DNA of 8,048 bases from a virus (Duplodnaviria; Heunggongvirae; Uroviricota; Caudoviricetes), in the IMG/VR virus record IMGVR_UViG_2681813273_000001. The stretch is one strand, 5' to 3'. The position numbers and the translations under genes were made by a program. Positions within the stretch are counted from its first letter, which is position 1. Each line of letters starts with the position of its first letter. Under the pieces are notes generated by a model. The model did no database searches, had not been told where the DNA came from, and was given only the letters and a program-made list of their open reading frames with translations. This document shows, one piece after another, positions 6,818-8,048 of the stretch.

Positions 6818-7288
6818 CTACCCCCCAAGGCATTGGATCCTGATGTACTCCTGAAGCATTCTCAATGCTGTCTGGTCGCTGATGATTCCGTCCCGGATAC
6901 CGAGAACGTTTCGTCCAGCAACTGGAGAGAGTTCGACGGTGGCATCATTGCCCATGCCGGAGGCGCTGGAGGTTTCGGCTGAGGATGGCACAGGGCATTT
7001 TCCTTTGACGAGCACCCGACCACCATTATCAAGCTTGCGCCGAAGAGCATCATTTTCAGCTTTCGCATCAGCTAACTCCTTCGTGTATTTAGCATCGAGT
7101 GCATCAGCATCACGCTGGCGCTGCTGCATGTCAGTAATGGTTGCGTTCGCCAGCTTCAGTTCTCTTGCGTTTTTGTCGCGCTGCTCTTTGTAGGTAATGG
7201 CGTTATCACGGTAATGATTAACAGCCCATGACAGGCGGACGATGATGCAGATAACCAGAGCGGAGATAATCGCGGTGACTCTGCTCAT
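6818..7288 (-). CDS. Rz: Rz-type i-spanin (inner-membrane spanin subunit)
   Basis: Seen: ATG at 7288..7286 overlaps the endolysin TGA (ATGA); the ORF track starts at an in-frame GTG at 7300. N-terminal TM segment ([20 protein letters not shown]) followed by a charged, coiled-coil-like periplasmic domain; TAG at 6820..6818. Position and architecture match lambdoid Rz. Confidence 0.85.
   Translation of the reverse strand: MSRVTAIISALVICIIVRLSWAVNHYRDNAITYKEQRDKNARELKLANATITDMQQRQRDADALDAKYTKELADAKAENDALRRKLDNGGRVLVKGKCPVPSSAETSSASGMGNDATVELSPVAGRNVLGIRDGIISDQTALRMLQEYIRIQCLGG
6862..7068 (-). CDS. Rz1: Rz1-type o-spanin (outer-membrane lipoprotein), embedded in the +1 frame of Rz
   Basis: Seen: ATG at 7068..7066, TGA at 6864..6862, lying entirely inside Rz in another frame. 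Product [19 protein letters not shown]|SS... has a lipoprotein signal peptide with lipobox VVGC, followed by a Pro-rich mature region ([11 protein letters not shown]), the hallmark of Rz1. Confidence 0.8.
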   Translation of the reverse strand: MRKLKMMLFGASLIMVVGCSSKENALCHPQPKPPAPPAWAMMPPSNSLQLLDETFSVSGTESSATRQH

Positions 7289-7782
7289 TGCTGCCCCCAC
7301 AAACAGACTTCACGCTCAATCTCACGACGGGTCATCAGCCCTTTCCATTGCTTACCGCCAGCATATGTCCAGCGACGTAGCTGGTCACATGCGCCTTTGA
7401 TATCGCCCTGGTTTATTTTGCGAAGAAGCGTCGATGTTCTGAAATTGCCAGCGCCCACGTTGTAAACGAACGAGTAAAGAGCGCCGCGCGTTGTTTCCGG
7501 TATATCGACTTTGATGTACGGGTTAATTTGTCTGGCGACAGTGGCAAGGTCTTTATTCAGGAGGGCTTTGCATTCTGCTTCGGTATACGTTTTACCGAGC
7601 ATGATGTCTTTTCCGGTGTGTCCGTGACATACAGTCCATACACCAATGATATCTTTGTATGGTATGTAGCTGACACCTTCCAGACCATCGTTACCACCTG
7701 GGCCAGTGATTAACACAGATGCTATAGCAACAGCCCCGCCACCAATAGCAACTGCAACAGCCTTGCGTAATGATGGCGACAT
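7285..7782 (-). CDS. R: SAR endolysin (T4-lysozyme-type muramidase with signal-anchor-release N-terminus), phage 21 R-like
   Basis: Seen: ATG at 7782..7780 overlaps the holin TAA by one base (TAATG); TGA at 7287..7285. N-terminal Gly/Ala-rich weakly hydrophobic segment ([20 protein letters not shown]) typical of SAR domains; catalytic triad spacing E-x8-D-x5-T present ([17 protein letters not shown]). Near-identical by recollection to the phage 21 R endolysin / DLP12 rrrD family. Confidence 0.9.
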   Translation of the reverse strand: MSPSLRKAVAVAIGGGAVAIASVLITGPGGNDGLEGVSYIPYKDIIGVWTVCHGHTGKDIMLGKTYTEAECKALLNKDLATVARQINPYIKVDIPETTRGALYSFVYNVGAGNFRTSTLLRKINQGDIKGACDQLRRWTYAGGKQWKGLMTRREIEREVCLWGQQ

Positions 7783-8048
7783 TATTCACCTCTCGCAGCC
7801 TTACGCTTGTCTTCTCTTATTTTGAAATACAGATTNNNNNNNNNNNNNNNNNNNNNNNNNNNNNNNNNNNNNNNNNNNNNNNNNNNNNNNNNNNNNGTCA
7901 GATAAGTCAGAAGCCCCAGAAGCAGACTTCCCAGCACACCAATCGCAGCCCACTGTGATGGACTGACCTGATCCAACCACTGCAAAAACCAGTAGCCGGC
8001 ACTGCCGGCGGAGGTGCCGTAGGCAATGCCTGTTGATATTTTTTCCAT
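7782..8048 (-). CDS. S: Class II holin (pinholin), phage 21 S-like; reading frame spans a 61-nt N-run; a possible upstream alternative start would lie beyond the window edge
   Basis: Seen: ATG at 8048..8046 (last bases of the window), TAA at 7784..7782. Translation [50 protein letters not shown]-(N-run)[17 protein letters not shown] matches the S21 pinholin as I recall it ([68 protein letters not shown]). S21 is known to have dual translational starts a few codons apart, so the longer form may start off-window. Confidence 0.85.
   Translation of the reverse strand: MEKISTGIAYGTSAGSAGYWFLQWLDQVSPSQWAAIGVLGSLLLGLLTYLXXXXXXXXXXXXXXXXXXXXXNLYFKIREDKRKAARGE
7836..7896. other. Run of 61 ambiguous bases (assembly gap or masked segment) inside the holin gene
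   Basis: Seen directly: n at every position 7836..7896. The flanks are in frame with each other across the run (2 + 61 = 63 nt = 21 codons). Confidence 0.95.

Noticed and set aside
6882-7193. 103-aa plus-strand ORF antisense to Rz/Rz1, and plus-strand ORFs 7528..7713 and 7770..7958 antisense to the endolysin and holin.
   Set aside because: Antisense shadows of well-supported lysis genes; 7770..7958 is mostly N-derived X residues.
7286-7300. The track's Rz start at 7300 (MGAAM...) and the DedA track start at 6217.
   Set aside because: Position 7300..7298 is GTG and 6217..6219 is TTG. Canonical ATGs at 7288 (ATGA overlap with the endolysin stop) and 6220 (better spacing from the GAAGGA RBS) are the more plausible starts.
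1-8048. Scan for tRNA/tmRNA genes, CRISPR repeats, IS-element terminal inverted repeats, integrase or att sites.
   Set aside because: No regularly spaced direct repeats, cloverleaf-like conserved tRNA motifs or transposase-like ORFs were seen; the window appears to be entirely internal to the phage late region.

Overview
This window reads as the late region of a mosaic enterobacterial (pro)phage, with almost all genes on the minus strand (transcribed from high to low coordinates). From the right edge: a phage-21-type lysis cassette (S21-like pinholin, SAR endolysin, Rz with embedded Rz1), then an AT-rich plus-strand gene for a small DedA-family membrane protein in the slot that bor occupies in lambda, then an SPP1/PBSX-style packaging and head module (small terminase, large terminase, portal, Mu-F/SPP1-gp7-like head morphogenesis protein, an acidic scaffold-like protein, a 168-aa putative structural protein). 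The most unusual observations are two in-frame TAG codons in the portal reading frame, the antisense DedA-like moron, and a 149-nt out-of-frame overlap between the portal and head-morphogenesis genes. Sequence quality is imperfect: a 61-nt N-run sits inside the holin gene and a single N inside the large terminase gene. All homology statements come from reading the translations and recalling protein families; no database search was run. I found no tRNA, rRNA, CRISPR array or IS element.
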